DNA from: the human T2T-CHM13v2.0 reference genome, Homo sapiens
NCBI RefSeq assembly: GCF_009914755.1
Contig: NC_060932.1
Length of the DNA stretch: 64,000 nucleotides
Strand: one strand, 5' to 3'
Positions 13,881-27,014 of the stretch are shown in pieces. Each line of letters begins with the position of its first letter. The first letter of the stretch is position 1. The position numbers were made by a program, and so were the translations under genes. The notes under the pieces are model-generated. The model worked only from the letters and a program-made list of their open reading frames with translations, searched no databases and was not told the DNA's origin.

Positions 13881-14120
13881 ATCAAAACCCCTAATACAGA
13901 AATAAATAAACTAATGAAGACAGAAGGTGAAGAGGAAGGAGAGACGAGCTAGAGAGAGAAAAGAAGGAAAGAGAGGGGCAAACTGATTTTATGATAAAAT
14001 GTTTATCAAAGGGGAAGAAAACAAAGTCTCCATAGATTTATGCTCAGACTATATTGATAAGCAAATATATGGAGTGGTAAGGGGGGAAACATGGTCCTTA
14101 AAGAGAAGGTATCTGAAGTA

Positions 14121-14504
14121 TAGTTGACACTCAGACAATGTAGGCATTAGGGGTGCCAATCCCCTGTGTGGCCAAAAATTTAAGTATAACTTTTGACTCC
14201 CCCCAAACCTAACTACTAATAGCAGCCTACTGTTGACTGGAAGTCTTATCGATCACACAAACAGTTGATTAATAAATATTTTTAACTTATATGTATTATA
14301 TATGGTATTCTTATAATACAGTAACATAAAGAAAATATTACAAGGAAGAGAAAATATATTTATTCATCAGGTGAAAGTGGATCATTATAAAGGTCTTCAT
14401 CCTTGTCATCTTCATGTTGAGTAGGCTGAGGAGGAAGAGGAAGAGGCGGGCATTGGTCTTGCTGTCTCAGGGGCAGCAGAGACAGAAGAAAATTCATGTA
14501 TAAG
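14121..14504 (-). mobile_element. Tigger2a (MER28) DNA transposon relic, one end truncated
   Basis: TA + TAGTTGAC TIR; AACTTTTGACTCCCCCCAAAC..CTACTAATAG..; the minus ORF contains the acidic transposase tail PPQPTQHEDDKDEDLYNDPL. Confidence 0.85.
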
Positions 14505-14706
14505 GCATTTTGCTTAGAGGCAAGGGAATAAACCTTGGAAGTTCTGGTGTGTTCCCAAGTTAAATGTAAAATCCAGAGGGGTGAAGAATTCAAACTAGTT
14601 ATTTCAGTTTATAATAAATTAATGAGGCAATGTATTTTTTTAATATGTGTAAACCAGTTTTTGGTGTCATGTAGCACCGGCAGATTTGTTTCTTTAAAAC
14701 CCTTCA

Positions 14707-15004
14707 CCAGGCCATTGGCTCACACCTGTAATCCCAACATTCTGGGAGGCCAAGGCAGGCAGATTGTTTGAGCCCAGGATGTGGAGACCAGCTTGTCTAA
14801 CATGGCGAAACTCTGTCTCTATGAAAAATACAACAGTTAGCCAGGGGTGGTATCATGCACTTCTGGTTCCAGTTACTCAGGAGGCTGAGGTGGGAGGATC
14901 ACTTGAGCCCAATAGGTGGAGGTTGGAGTGAGCCATGATCATGCCACTGCACTCCAGCCTGTGCAACCGAGCAAGATCCTGTCTAAATAAATAAATAAAT
15001 AAAT
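14707..15004 (+). mobile_element. AluJ with (TAAA)n tail
   Basis: Dimeric Alu; TSD CCCTTCACCAGGC at 14700-14712 and 15005-15017. Confidence 0.93.
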
Positions 15005-16509
15005 CCCTTCACCAGGCTCACAAAATTAAAAATGATCTTAAGGAGTTAACAGAAATATGTAGACACTATTTCAGATAACATGAGAATTTAGTCTGTTTTA
15101 AAAAACCTGCAAAACAGAGATTCATGAACCACATTTTAAAAAGACTTCTATGAAAGCTCTTCAGAAAAAAATATTTTCAAGGTGTCAAAAAAAAAAAAAA
15201 AAAAAAGAACCAGACAAAATATTCAGGTATCAAGGGCTAAGAACAGCTAAAACATGTTTTCTAATTTGCCAGTGGCCAGTGTGTCAACTACATTAAATGG
15301 CTGCTTCTCCACCTCATCTCCCAGCCACCAAATAAATAATAAGGGGAATATGTAGCTGTAGGGGTACTGCTAAGAAATCACAGCATTCAAATGATTTTTT
15401 TCTGAAATTTATTGGAAACTTCGTATGTTCATTCTTGACATTTTTAGGATTTACTTGGCAAGGGCAGAATCGTAGAAAAACAAATAGAGTTCCCTGAGTA
15501 GGAAAGGTCTCCATTTCCTGTTCATGGTTAGGTGATCCTGATTACTGTCCTTGGAGTCTTGAGCCCCTTACCCGGTGAATAATTAGGTACGGAATCAGGG
15601 AGGTATAGACTCATTTGCCTGGGTTTGTTTTCTGGGAGTTTCTGTTTAACATTCCTGAACTGGAGCAGAAGTAGATTTTGTAGCTGGCTTTTCTGAGACT
15701 CAGGAAACAGAATTGTGGAATTCTCAGGTTCTGTGACATTTGTTGATTATTAAAGTGAAATTATGTGTGAGAGGAAAATTTATTCATCTATGCTTTTAAG
15801 AAATGTCTATGATAAACAGAATTAGACATACTATATAGAATTGCATAACACACCACCACATGTCCGTATTACCCAGTTTCCACAGTTATCAGCTTCTTGG
15901 TAATTGTTTTTCACCTTTATGCCTATCCATTTCCCACCACCATATTATTTTGAAGCAAATCTCGGATATTGTAACATTTTATCTGCAAGTATTTCGGTAC
16001 ATATTTTTAAGCAGTCTTGCTTAAAATAAGAATGGTATGTAGGTGTTTAATGTATTCTCCAAGCTAATGCATAATTTAAGTACTCACAGTCTCTGTTGAG
16101 ACTATTTAGATGCACTAAATCCAATCAAAGAGAGAATTTGTTGTGAGTAGTGGTCATCTGGAATGGTCCATTCATTGTGTATGGGATAGAAACTCTGTAG
16201 GTCCAGTCAAAGAGTGATAGCATCAGAGAATTTCTGTCTTGAAGAAAGGAGCCATTGTTAAGATTGATGGGTTTTCTGTGTTCTTTGGTCCCCTCTGATG
16301 ACAGGATAGTGAAATGAGCCCTAGCTCCGAGTACCCACAAACTTTGTAACCATGGATAAAGTCAGCCACTTACTTATCTCTGAAATTAAACTTCCCGATT
16401 TTAAAAATGGATGTGATGCTTCCTGCGCCTATTCACAGTACTGTGATACACTGTGATTTGGGATGTGAACACGCTTTAAAAATAATGGCCCGGTTACATA
16501 TTCTCCTTT

Positions 16510-16820
16510 TTATTTTTTATTTTTTTTTAATTTCTTTTTGAAACAGAATCTCACTCTGTCACCCAGGCTGAAGTGCAGTGGTGGGATCATGGCTCACTGC
16601 AGCATTGACCTCCTGGGCTCAGGTGGTCCTTCCCCCTCAGCCTCCCAGGTAGCCGGGACTACAGGCACATGCCACCATGCCGAGCTAATTTTTGTATTTT
16701 CATAGAGATGGAGTTTCACCATGTTGCCCAAACTGGACTCCAACTTCTGAGGTCAAGTGATCCTCCTGCCTCAGCCTCCGTAAGTTGGGGGATTACAGGC
16801 GTGAACCACCGTGCCCAGCC
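16510..16820 (-). mobile_element. AluJ
   Basis: Antisense Alu; TSD TACATATTCTCCTTT (16495-16509) / TACATACGCTCCTTT (16821-16835). Confidence 0.94.
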
Positions 16821-17159
16821 TACATACGCTCCTTTAACACAGGCTTTTGGTTCTTTGAAATTACCAACATTCAGGATTCTTAATGGCATCAGAGAATATA
16901 AAGCTTGAAACTATCTAGAATTTTTTTAAGGAATAATTTTCTAATCTTGGTTCTCTGCTTCTGAGTATATTTTATTTGGGCATTTTATTTTTCTCCAAGA
17001 TGAGATCCATTTTCGCTCATCCATTTTGAAATTGTTTTTCTCTCTGTTAATAAAACCTTTGGAATGGTGCCTTGATCAGGCTAACTCCAGATTAAATGTT
17101 TCTCTTTGAAAGATTGCCTGGTGATCAGAGTTGTTTTTCATTCTCTTTTCTTCTTTTAG

Positions 17160-17337
17160 CCTTGCCTCCCCGATTGAAAGAGATGAAAAGCCAGGAATCG
17201 GCTGCAGGTTCCAAACTAGTCCTTCGGTGTGAAACCAGTTCTGAATACTCCTCTCTCAGATTCAAGTGGTTCAAGAATGGGAATGAATTGAATCGAAAAA
17301 ACAAACCACAAAATATCAAGATACAAAAAAAGCCAGG
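17160..17337 (+). CDS. NRG1: NRG1 exon 2 (178 nt), N-terminal half of Ig-like domain
   Basis: Polypyrimidine tract + AG at 17158-17159; donor GTAAGT at 17338; encodes (A)LPPRLKEMKSQESAAGSKLVLRCETSSEYSSLRFKWFKNGNELNRKNKPQNIKIQKKPG with the Ig Cys and Trp; phase 1 to phase 2. Confidence 0.98.
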
Positions 17338-17654
17338 GTAAGTATAATGCATAAAATAGTAGAGACTGCCCCCAGCAATAAGATAACATATAAATGTTAT
17401 TTAGACCCTAATAAGTGAATTTACTATCAGAAACATAATAGATAATAAGTGAAAAGCTGTTTCATTATATAATGACAAAAAATCATGTTATCACATAGGC
17501 AAGAATTCTTGTGGTTCTTACATCTTATTGATGAAGGAAATAAAGGATGGCTGGAGAAAGAACTGTAGGAAGTAAGAAGAGATGGAAGGGAAGAAGGAAG
17601 AGAGCATTAGTGGTAGATGCTGTCATAGTAATAGATCCTAAAATTCAATTTCTT

Positions 17655-17984
<330 letters not shown>

Positions 17985-19043
17985 TTAGAGTACCAGTGCC
18001 TTACACAGTTAAAATCACAACTTCATTGTAAAGCTCAGTGAATACTTAGATTTATGGAAAGAATTGGAATGTAACCAGTTGAATTCAGACTATTTTTTAA
18101 CAAGGGGTTAATGATATAATTTTATCTAATAAGAATTTTTAACTGACACTGCTGATAAAGCACATCATCATTCTAGCAGATTTTAAAATTAGGTAATCTT
18201 AGGTAGCAAGAATTTTACATGTTCCTACCCTCCCCGAGGAGGTCCATATTTGACAGGGCTTCATGTGATTCCTGTAACATCTTGGTGGATGCATTCTGTA
18301 TCTACTCTAAAATGATACTCTGTTATCATCCCTACACTCTTCATTCTTATTTACTTCCTTACTTAAGAATCATTTCTTCTAATATCAAACTACATTTTGA
18401 AATCAGAGAAGAGATAAGTGGATTAGATTTTTGCTTCTAAAGAGTCCTTTAATCAACGTGACATGTATAATAGTGGTTCCAAACTCAAAGATGATATTTT
18501 CTGCACTCACATCTCACAGGGTTCCAGTGAACCCCCAAGTATGGTAACAGAAGCAACAGAACAATCTCCTATACTTTGATTTTATAGGACATTAACCAGA
18601 AAGTTGTTACACATTCATGAGCAAAGTGATTACAATGAGAATTAAATTTAATCTTATCAAAGATTTTGCTCTGATGACTGTATTTTCTTTTCTAGTTTCT
18701 GTGGTTTTATTAGCTACATACTTTATTAACTACACGTTGACTCTAGTTATTGATCATGTCAGATAGATCTATAGCTTTGGAAGTATAATAAAGTGTAAAA
18801 GAAAGGGTTGTATCACTTTCTGCAGCAGGTGGTACTTCAAAGATACAAAATATAATACTGTAAAGAGACATGGCATTTTTATACCTAATATTACTAATTT
18901 TTTTTACATTATTCCAATATGTAGCAGTTCAGCAGCACATGGCAACTATCTTATTTTGCAGATTAGGAAATTGAGGGTCAAAAAAGTGTTCTGCTTTGCC
19001 TCAAGTCATATAACTAGTAAGAGACTCAGTGAGAGCTGAGTTT

Positions 19044-20401
19044 ATCATTGTTATACCCATTAAAAATGTAATATACTGAGAATGAAATTAAGTTTCTTCC
19101 TGTAGATCATAGTGGTAATTAATGGTTCAAGTTAGATTTGAAATAGGTCTGACTCTAAGTCTCATGTTTAACAGCATATGTGCATGAGGGGAGGAGGAAA
19201 TACAATGAATGAATTGAAAAGATAAGTATGATTCTTACAAAGAAGTTTAACAGGACAAAAAAATACTCCTAGATTTTGGATGGAATGGATTTTGGTGTTT
19301 GCTTTTCATCAGACAAGTTAGTAAGGAATGAAGTTATCTCTACATGCAGGGTAATGTCTCATTTATTTCTACGTGGCTGTCAAAGGATACCAGTAATATT
19401 TAAGTGCCCATGAAAGGTTTTATGCTAGGACTGTGGAGAAATTAAAGAGGTATAGGGCATTACAATCTCTGTGCCCAGGGGCGGGGGTCATAAGATTGTA
19501 CAGAGATTATCTAGTTCAGTCTTATATGAAACATGGGAAATTTTGGAAGTTATGTATTGAAACACTGTTAGAGCAGGGGAGGAGGAAGGGAGGGAGGAGA
19601 ATTTCATCTAGAAGAAAGCATCTCACATTGCAGATATTCAATCTGATGCTACCTGGAGAGAAGCAAATGAAGTTCGGTAGATAAGATGAGAAAATGAATT
19701 TTTTTAAAAAAGTGAACTGACTAGAATGAATAGGCTTTAGAAAAGGTACATGTATACTTAAAGAGGTAATTTGTTACCTGGCTTCAATGACATATAAAAG
19801 TATCATTAGTATTCAGAAAAGCATTTTCATATTGGCTTCATAGGTCCAGACAGCTAAGAGCACTGTCTACATATTAATAAAATCCCATTATACCAGAAAG
19901 GGCAATAGTTAGAAATTACTTCTTTTAAACAATAGTCTTGCTGGAAAGAATTAAATGGGGAAAAATGTATTGAAGTGATGCAACCATAAATCACTCACAG
20001 CAAAGCAGTTAACATATTTGATCTAAAAATAAGACATACTTTGTATAGAGTGGACAGCTACTTGAGAAGCGATCATCTTATCAGTTTTTAGAATTGGGTA
20101 TTTTGTCATTTCTAAAATTGTGTCTTTTTATAAAGAAGAGCATTGTCAGCTTTTTTAAGATTAAAGGTTCCAACTGAATCTCAATTTAATTAACATTTGC
20201 AAGGTGTTCTATTATTTCAATTTATCCAGTAAATATAAGTAGAAGGAATATAATTATTGTTATACCCATTTAAAACATTAATATCCTGAAAATGAAGGAA
20301 GCTGAGTTTCTTCCTGTAGATCATAGTGGTAATGAATTGTTAAACTTAGATTTGAAATAGGTCTGACTCTAAGTCTTGTGTTTTTTCAACAGACATTTGT
20401 G
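19044..20401. repeat. Dispersed direct repeat of ~140 bp (19044-19182 and 20253-20401), MIR-like
   Basis: Identical 29-nt (19091-19119 / 20305-20333) and 31-nt (19132-19162 / 20346-20376) blocks in the same order. Confidence 0.92.
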
Positions 20402-21471
20402 ATTATGCTACATAAAGTTAGAAGTCAGAACATAGGGCTCTGGCATGCTTAGGATAATGTCTTTAATTAAAAGATTCTTATTTTTCAGATGCATTTATAT
20501 ATTACTATTAATGATTTTTAATTACTAAGATATTCAGACTATTAGTGTTTTGCAGTTGTTAGTTGGTTACTTGACTTAAACTTTTTCTTAGGCTATGATC
20601 AACCAAGCAGAGGTGAAGTTTAGTTTGAGGTGTAAGATTTTTCTGGGATTCTCTTTAATTAAATACTTTGACTCTTTCCCAATCCTTAGTCTTGGCTTCT
20701 TTTTCACACTTCTTATAATCAGATTATGCATAGCAGCCAACATATCCTTTTAATCTCTTGGTGTTTAGTGGCACAATTTCACAGCAATATGCAATTTCTA
20801 TTATTTTGTAAAATCTTACCCTTGTTTTGCCCACGGTCCTACTAAAAACTACATTCCTACGTGTTCTTTGTATGATTTTTGAATTCCCATTGAGCCTTTG
20901 TTTATTTGGCTAACCCATGTGTGGGGCCAATGAAAAGAAATGGAAACTACCCTCATGTTATATGTCTGCTTATGTCTTTGTTCTTGTTTTCTTTGATTGG
21001 TGGATGATTTTGATCAAGAAAACTGGTTAAAAAGCTTGGCGTGTGACAGATTCATATGTAAGGACTGGCAGATTGACCTCATTTAAATACCTGTTCTATC
21101 TTAGCTTTATTAAAGACTGGCTTCCTATTATTTGTATGTTTCACACACTTTTGGACACCATTAATTTTGCCTCAGCTCTTACATATTTTAATTTTGTTTA
21201 AAATTGGCTGTCATTGGTTACATTGGACAAATATTACAATTATTTCCTCTATTTTTACTGGTTGCTTTTTTTGACTTTATAATGGAAAAAGTTTATGTGC
21301 ATTTCTTTTCTCATATTAGCTGAGCAACTCTGGCAGATCACTTGAACTTTATATATAATGAAATCTCAATGTTCTTATGTAGAAAATGAGAATCCTCAGT
21401 GGCATTCCATATGGTTTATGTGAGGCACTTGGTACAGTGACTGGTTCTGTTGCTTAAGAAGCCTCTCTTTT

Positions 21472-21588
21472 AGCCAAGCACAGTGGTGTGTACCTGCAGT
21501 CCCTGCTACTGAGGATCTCTTGAGCGCAGGAGTTCAAGACCAGCCTGGGAAACATAGCAAGACCCCGTCTCTATACTTAAAAAAAAAT
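21472..21588 (+). mobile_element. Alu left monomer (FLAM-like)
   Basis: Single-arm Alu ending CAAGACCCCGTCTCTA..poly(A). Confidence 0.8.
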
Positions 21589-21658
21589 CATAATTTCCTC
21601 TTTCACTTCTTTGTCCTTTTCACGATGATCAGTTTTACACTATCTGAAGCAGTGTTGG

Positions 21659-21685
<27 letters not shown>
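21659..21685. repeat. (CA)n microsatellite
   Basis: About 13 CA units. Confidence 0.95.
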
Positions 21686-21689
<4 letters not shown>

Positions 21690-22488
21690 CTGTCTATATA
21701 ATTCCTTAGGGGTCAGGGAACCAAAACTGTATAAACAGAAGAGTTCTTCCCTATATGTGTTTAAGTTGCCTTAGCCTGTAACTATGGTAGAATAATCGAG
21801 TTAAAATAAAACTAAACTAAATAATAGCTAATGGAACCTTGAATTCACCTTGTAAGTGAGCACACAGTAAAAAACACAGTGTGCTTTCTGATATTAAAAA
21901 AATGAAAAGGAAATTAATATTCAGAACTTTTTATCTTCAAATCACTTCACATTAATTTATTTTTACACTGTACTGTTTTTTCTTATTCTAAAAGTAATGC
22001 ATGCTTATTATGAAAATCCAAATATTTCAGGAATATAGAATGTAATTACTATAATAATAGCTAACACTTATTGGGAAGTTACTATATTGAAAAAATTATT
22101 TTAAACACTTTACACGAATTAACTCATTTAATATTTTTAGAAAATAAAAATCCATTGAAACACCAACCTTCCTCCAGATCCCTAGAAAACTCATCAATTA
22201 AAGAGCAAAAAGTTAAATTTATGACTATAAGGGAATCAAGTAGTCTTTCCAAGCTAATTTCCTTCTTATAGACAGAGTATGGTATCTTACAGAAAAGAAA
22301 AAAAGAAGACTGTTGTATCCATACTTATCAAAGCCCCAAATCTTTTTGCAATATATAATTTTCAAGGAAGATTTGGCTCATTCTACACTCTTACTACATT
22401 CTGTCCTTACTCTAGGACACAAGGCTGGATGAATCCCATAGTTAAATGTATCATTAGAATTCAGAGGGATGTTTATGCTCCTTGAGGT

Positions 22489-22663
22489 CAGTGGTTTTCC
22501 AATGATGTCTCTGTAGAGTCCTAAATTTCTATTGAATTGCAAAAAGGATTACCAGTCACTCTGACCTGGAACACTTTCTGTGTGATATTTTTGAATATGA
22601 GGTTCTGATTTAAGCTTTCATTTTAAAACAGGATTTTGTTGTAAAAAATAGTTGAAACCACTG
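22489..22663. mobile_element. Probable hAT-Charlie MITE
   Basis: Terminal inverted repeats CAGTGGTTT...AAACCACTG; no recognisable 8-bp TSD. Confidence 0.5.
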
Positions 22664-22838
22664 ATCTAATTTAATCTTTCTCTGCACAGAGATATTCTTG
22701 TAGGAATGTGCTTGGCAGGTGGCTATCCAGACTTGAATCTTTCCAAAGAGAAAACCTAACTCTTTCACAAGACACCCTATACATTTTTGAATGCTCAGAA
22801 AAGTGCTTCTATGTAATATCATTCAAAACATGTTTCCT

Positions 22839-22874
22839 TTTTCCTGTAAGACTTAGTTTTCCTGTAAGACTTAG
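22839..22874. repeat. Perfect 18-bp tandem duplication
   Basis: TTTTCCTGTAAGACTTAG x2. Confidence 0.95.
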
Positions 22875-24814
22875 CAATCCCAAATAATTTCCTTTTCCAT
22901 ATGCATCCTGGAAATATATTTAAATAGCTACTCATATTTCATTCATAGTTGTCTGCCAGTGGGACCTCTGTTTCTTTAACATAATCCTCTCTAGTGATAA
23001 GATTTCTAGGCCCTATTCAATTCTGATCACCCTCTTCTAAAGTCCTTTAATTATGTTTTTTTATCATCAAATATCATTCCAAAGTATATCCAAAGTATAA
23101 TTCAGCATTCTAGATATGATCTAGCCGATGAGGAATGTATTGGGGCTTTTATCCAAGTTGATTGATGCTCTGCTTTAATATTAATTTGGCTAAAGAGTAC
23201 ATAAGGTTTTTTTTTGTTATTCTTTCTTCTTAAAAATAGTTTTAAAAATGGGTTAATAATAAGCATGTGGCTAATTAGAAATCCTTATTTCTGCATATAT
23301 TGTAGTCAAGGGATATCTCCTCTTGTATTTATGTCACCAGTTTTCGTACGTGAATGTACTTGTGATGCTTATCTCGATCAAATTGAATCTTAGTCTTGGC
23401 CCATTGATGTTCTGTCTTAGGATTCCCAAGGGTGTTCTCCATAGAAAAGATTCCATGGCCACATGTCATGGCTGCCTTAGAAATTCACAGTACAGATTTG
23501 CAAAAATTCACTGAGATGCATTGTTGTAAAGAGACCTATTTAACTTTTTTTAATGCAACATTTATTTTAGCATAGAACCATTTTTTTTAAATCTCTCTTT
23601 CTTTTAAAGCCTAACATTTGATTGCATTACTAGGAATAGTATTCCAGGAAACAGTGCCAAGGCCTATTAGGAGAAGTTTGATTTTAAGACTTATCCCTTT
23701 AAGATTATGTTAACTGTAAATATGATTACCATGTTTTCTTATAGTTCCATCTAGTTCAATAGTTAAAATGTTAATTGCATTGGGTCAAGAAAGGGGTCTT
23801 TACATACAAACACGATTGTTCCTAGATTTGTATAAATAGGAAAGAAAGGTTGTTCTTGAGGGTGTTGTAATAATCTTGGAGTTGTAAATTCTTGGGATGT
23901 TGTTGTAATCTTATCTCAGAATTTGGGGACTTAAGAAAAGCTACAGTTTTCTTACTTTAGAAATTTACTCCTTCTGTGGCATTGAAAATCAAGATACTAT
24001 GCCCCACCCTGATATTGTTCATAATTTATCTATTATTGCTAGTGGTTTCATGGTTATACATGAAAATTCTTCCAGCAAACCATGCTAAATGTTGGGCTGG
24101 AAAATCTTACAGTGCTTATCCATTTTTTTCCTCACTATTTTTCAAAGGTACCTGTCATGAAGGAAACTTGTCATATATGATCAAAGTAGATATATAGCTG
24201 ATAATCCATTTAAAAAATCATACGGTATTTGAACGCTCCAAAATTCAGCCCCAAAATTAATACAGCCTGCATTGGGTGATATTCTAATATTGTTTTATTT
24301 CGATAATTTTAAAAGTTGTCATATTTTATTGTTAAGACATATCTATTTGCAAAGATACTTGTCATCAAAAGGCCCATTTTGGCTTATAGGGATATACTTC
24401 AGGGAAGCTTTCCTATGAATAATGTCTCTGGTTGATGTGTGAATATTCTTTAAATGGCCCTTGGTGGTCTCCCCATTCCTAGATAGATAAGGCTGTTAAA
24501 TTACATCCACTTTTTGTCAACTTTGTTCCGTGGACCATTATTTTCAGAAAACATTAACAGATATGCCTTGTGAATGAAAAGGATTCCATGGTCAAAGGAG
24601 TTTGAGAGAAAATAAATAATATATCCCTTTTCGGGGAGTCAGAGTACAACAGCATATTCAAGATGCTGAGAAATCCTGTGAGATTAAAGATAATGAAAAG
24701 CCTGTCTTTATTTCACCTAATATTTTCCAAATTTATTTGAATGTGGAACACATTGCTTTGTTACCTCATGTTTACCTGTTGACATCGAGTCCCGACTAGC
24801 GCAGTTAACTTTTC

Positions 24815-25106
<292 letters not shown>

Positions 25107-25269
25107 GTGAAGTTAACTTTTCAACCCCTATGTTGGTTTGACCACCACTGCCCCTGGTCTGGACCACCTCTGATGGTCTTTGCCCTCTCATTATGGCATT
25201 TTTCTTTCCTCCCAACCAGCCTTAGAAATATTAGGTTCTGCTGAGTACTTAAGCAAACATCCAGATATT

Positions 25270-25700
25270 TTATTCATTCATTCACACATTTATTCAATAA
25301 TGTCTGAAGAGAAAGCATAGCCTGATGTATGCTCCACGAGACTAGCAAGAAGTTGACATTATAGCTACACTCTCCAAAGTATATGTCCTAGGTCAAGAGA
25401 TGAGACATACTGAAGGAACTCTCATGAGAGGCGTACTCAGGGCTGTCAGAATTTAGACACGTGAGAGCAGCTCCAGCTACATGACCAGGAGGGGCTTGGT
25501 GAAGCAGTTGGCACCTGACATGGCCCTGGAAGGTCAGCTGAGATTTTGATGCATAGGAATGCAGGACCCCCATTGTAGGAAGAAAAAATGACACAGACAA
25601 AAGCACAGAGGTGGAAGATCAGGGGGTCTACATGTGGAACTTTGGGTGGTTCAATCGGATAGACTGGAGGATACTAGTAGGAATTATATTTGGAACAATT
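25270..25700 (-). mobile_element. L2 fragment
   Basis: TTCATTCATTCACACATTTATT start, followed by degenerate L2-like sequence. Confidence 0.5.
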
Positions 25701-25895
25701 GATTTTTCTCAGTTAACATTAATGTGTGACAAGAAGACCAGAAAATTCACCAGAAAACTAGCAAAGTATAACGTGGGAGATTTGCAACCAGAAGGATTAC
25801 TGTTGTTTCTTCCTCCTTTGTTTTCTCCCTTGTCGTTATCCCCTTAAGAGCCCAATAAATCACAGTTACCAGGCTAGAGCATAGAAGGATTGCTA

Positions 25896-26063
25896 TTATT
25901 TTTTGGAGATAGGGGTCTCACCCTGCTGCCCAGACTGGAGTGCAGTGACTCTTCACCAGCATGATCATGGCACACTACAGCCTTGAATTCTTGGGCCCAA
26001 GTGATTCTCTCATGTCAGCCTCCCAAGTAGCTGGGATTCCAGGGGCATGCCACCACACCAGGC
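25896..26063 (-). mobile_element. FAM (fossil Alu monomer)
   Basis: Monomer retaining the extra 7SL-derived segment GCAGTGACTCTTCACCAGCATGATC (FAM consensus GCAGTGGCTATTCACAGGCGCGATC). Confidence 0.78.
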
Positions 26064-26892
26064 TTTAGAATCATTCTTTAGAAAGAATTCAGTAAACTCT
26101 GAGCCAATCCCTGCTGTTCTGAGTTCTTATATCTTGGAGACTGCTTAAATTATAGGTTATGTGCAACAGTAAAACACAGACACAGCAAATCACAATGCTG
26201 CCCATGTTAAAAAAAAAAGTGAATGTTGATGTAATATTCAGAGTTTTATAAAACTATGTGATAATGTTGCCCAAATATTTATTCCAGTATTAAGAACCTT
26301 TCATGTGGTACTATGCTCCCAGCAATGAGAATCTTAAGGAAAGAAAAATTCCCTTCCTTTTGGAATTGATAAATCCTCTTCATTCAAAATTAACATTATT
26401 CTTGATGTTACTCTACTGAGAAGAAGAGTGCACAGTATTTTTAAAATCTATTCTAACCTTCAGTAAGTGTCCTTAACAGACTTGTAGGAAATGATTTTAT
26501 ACATTTTTCTCTTTCTAAACCCTAGTGGCTGATGGCATTTGGATATAGAAAAGTAAGAAAATTTACCAATTGGGTTTAAAAATCTAAAGTATAACACAGT
26601 TATTGGTGATGGTAAGGGAGTAAAAAGAAAAACTACAGAAGAATTCCTTTAAACTACTGATTTAGGTGATAAAATTGAGATGAAATCCATGGTACAACTT
26701 AAATGTGATGCATCTTACTTTTACTCTAGGTAAAATCATGAGGTCAGATCAATGTAACGGAAGTTGTATTTTAACATATGTATAAGGTGGGGAGAGGCAG
26801 TTTGAGAACTCTGAAAGCATAGAAAAGTATGTATTTATATTTGTTGGATTTCTGTGATATATACTGACACCACTTTGGTCCTGATCTTATAG

Positions 26893-27014
26893 GAAGTCAG
26901 AACTTCGCATTAACAAAGCATCACTGGCTGATTCTGGAGAGTATATGTGCAAAGTGATCAGCAAATTAGGAAATGACAGTGCCTCTGCCAATATCACCAT
27001 CGTGGAATCAAACG
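26893..27014 (+). CDS. NRG1: NRG1 exon 3 (122 nt), C-terminal half of Ig-like domain
   Basis: AG at 26891-26892; donor GTAAGA at 27015; encodes KSELRINKASLADSGEYMCKVISKLGNDSASANITIVESN (DxGxYxC Ig motif; NDS and NIT sequons); phase 2 to phase 1. Confidence 0.98.

Noticed and set aside
14360-14593. ORF with Pro/acidic tail
   Set aside because: Remnant of the Tigger2 transposase C-terminus in a non-autonomous element; not a functional gene
17096-17159. N-terminal hydrophobic part of ORF 17096-17341 resembling a signal peptide
   Set aside because: It is the translated polypyrimidine tract of the exon-2 acceptor
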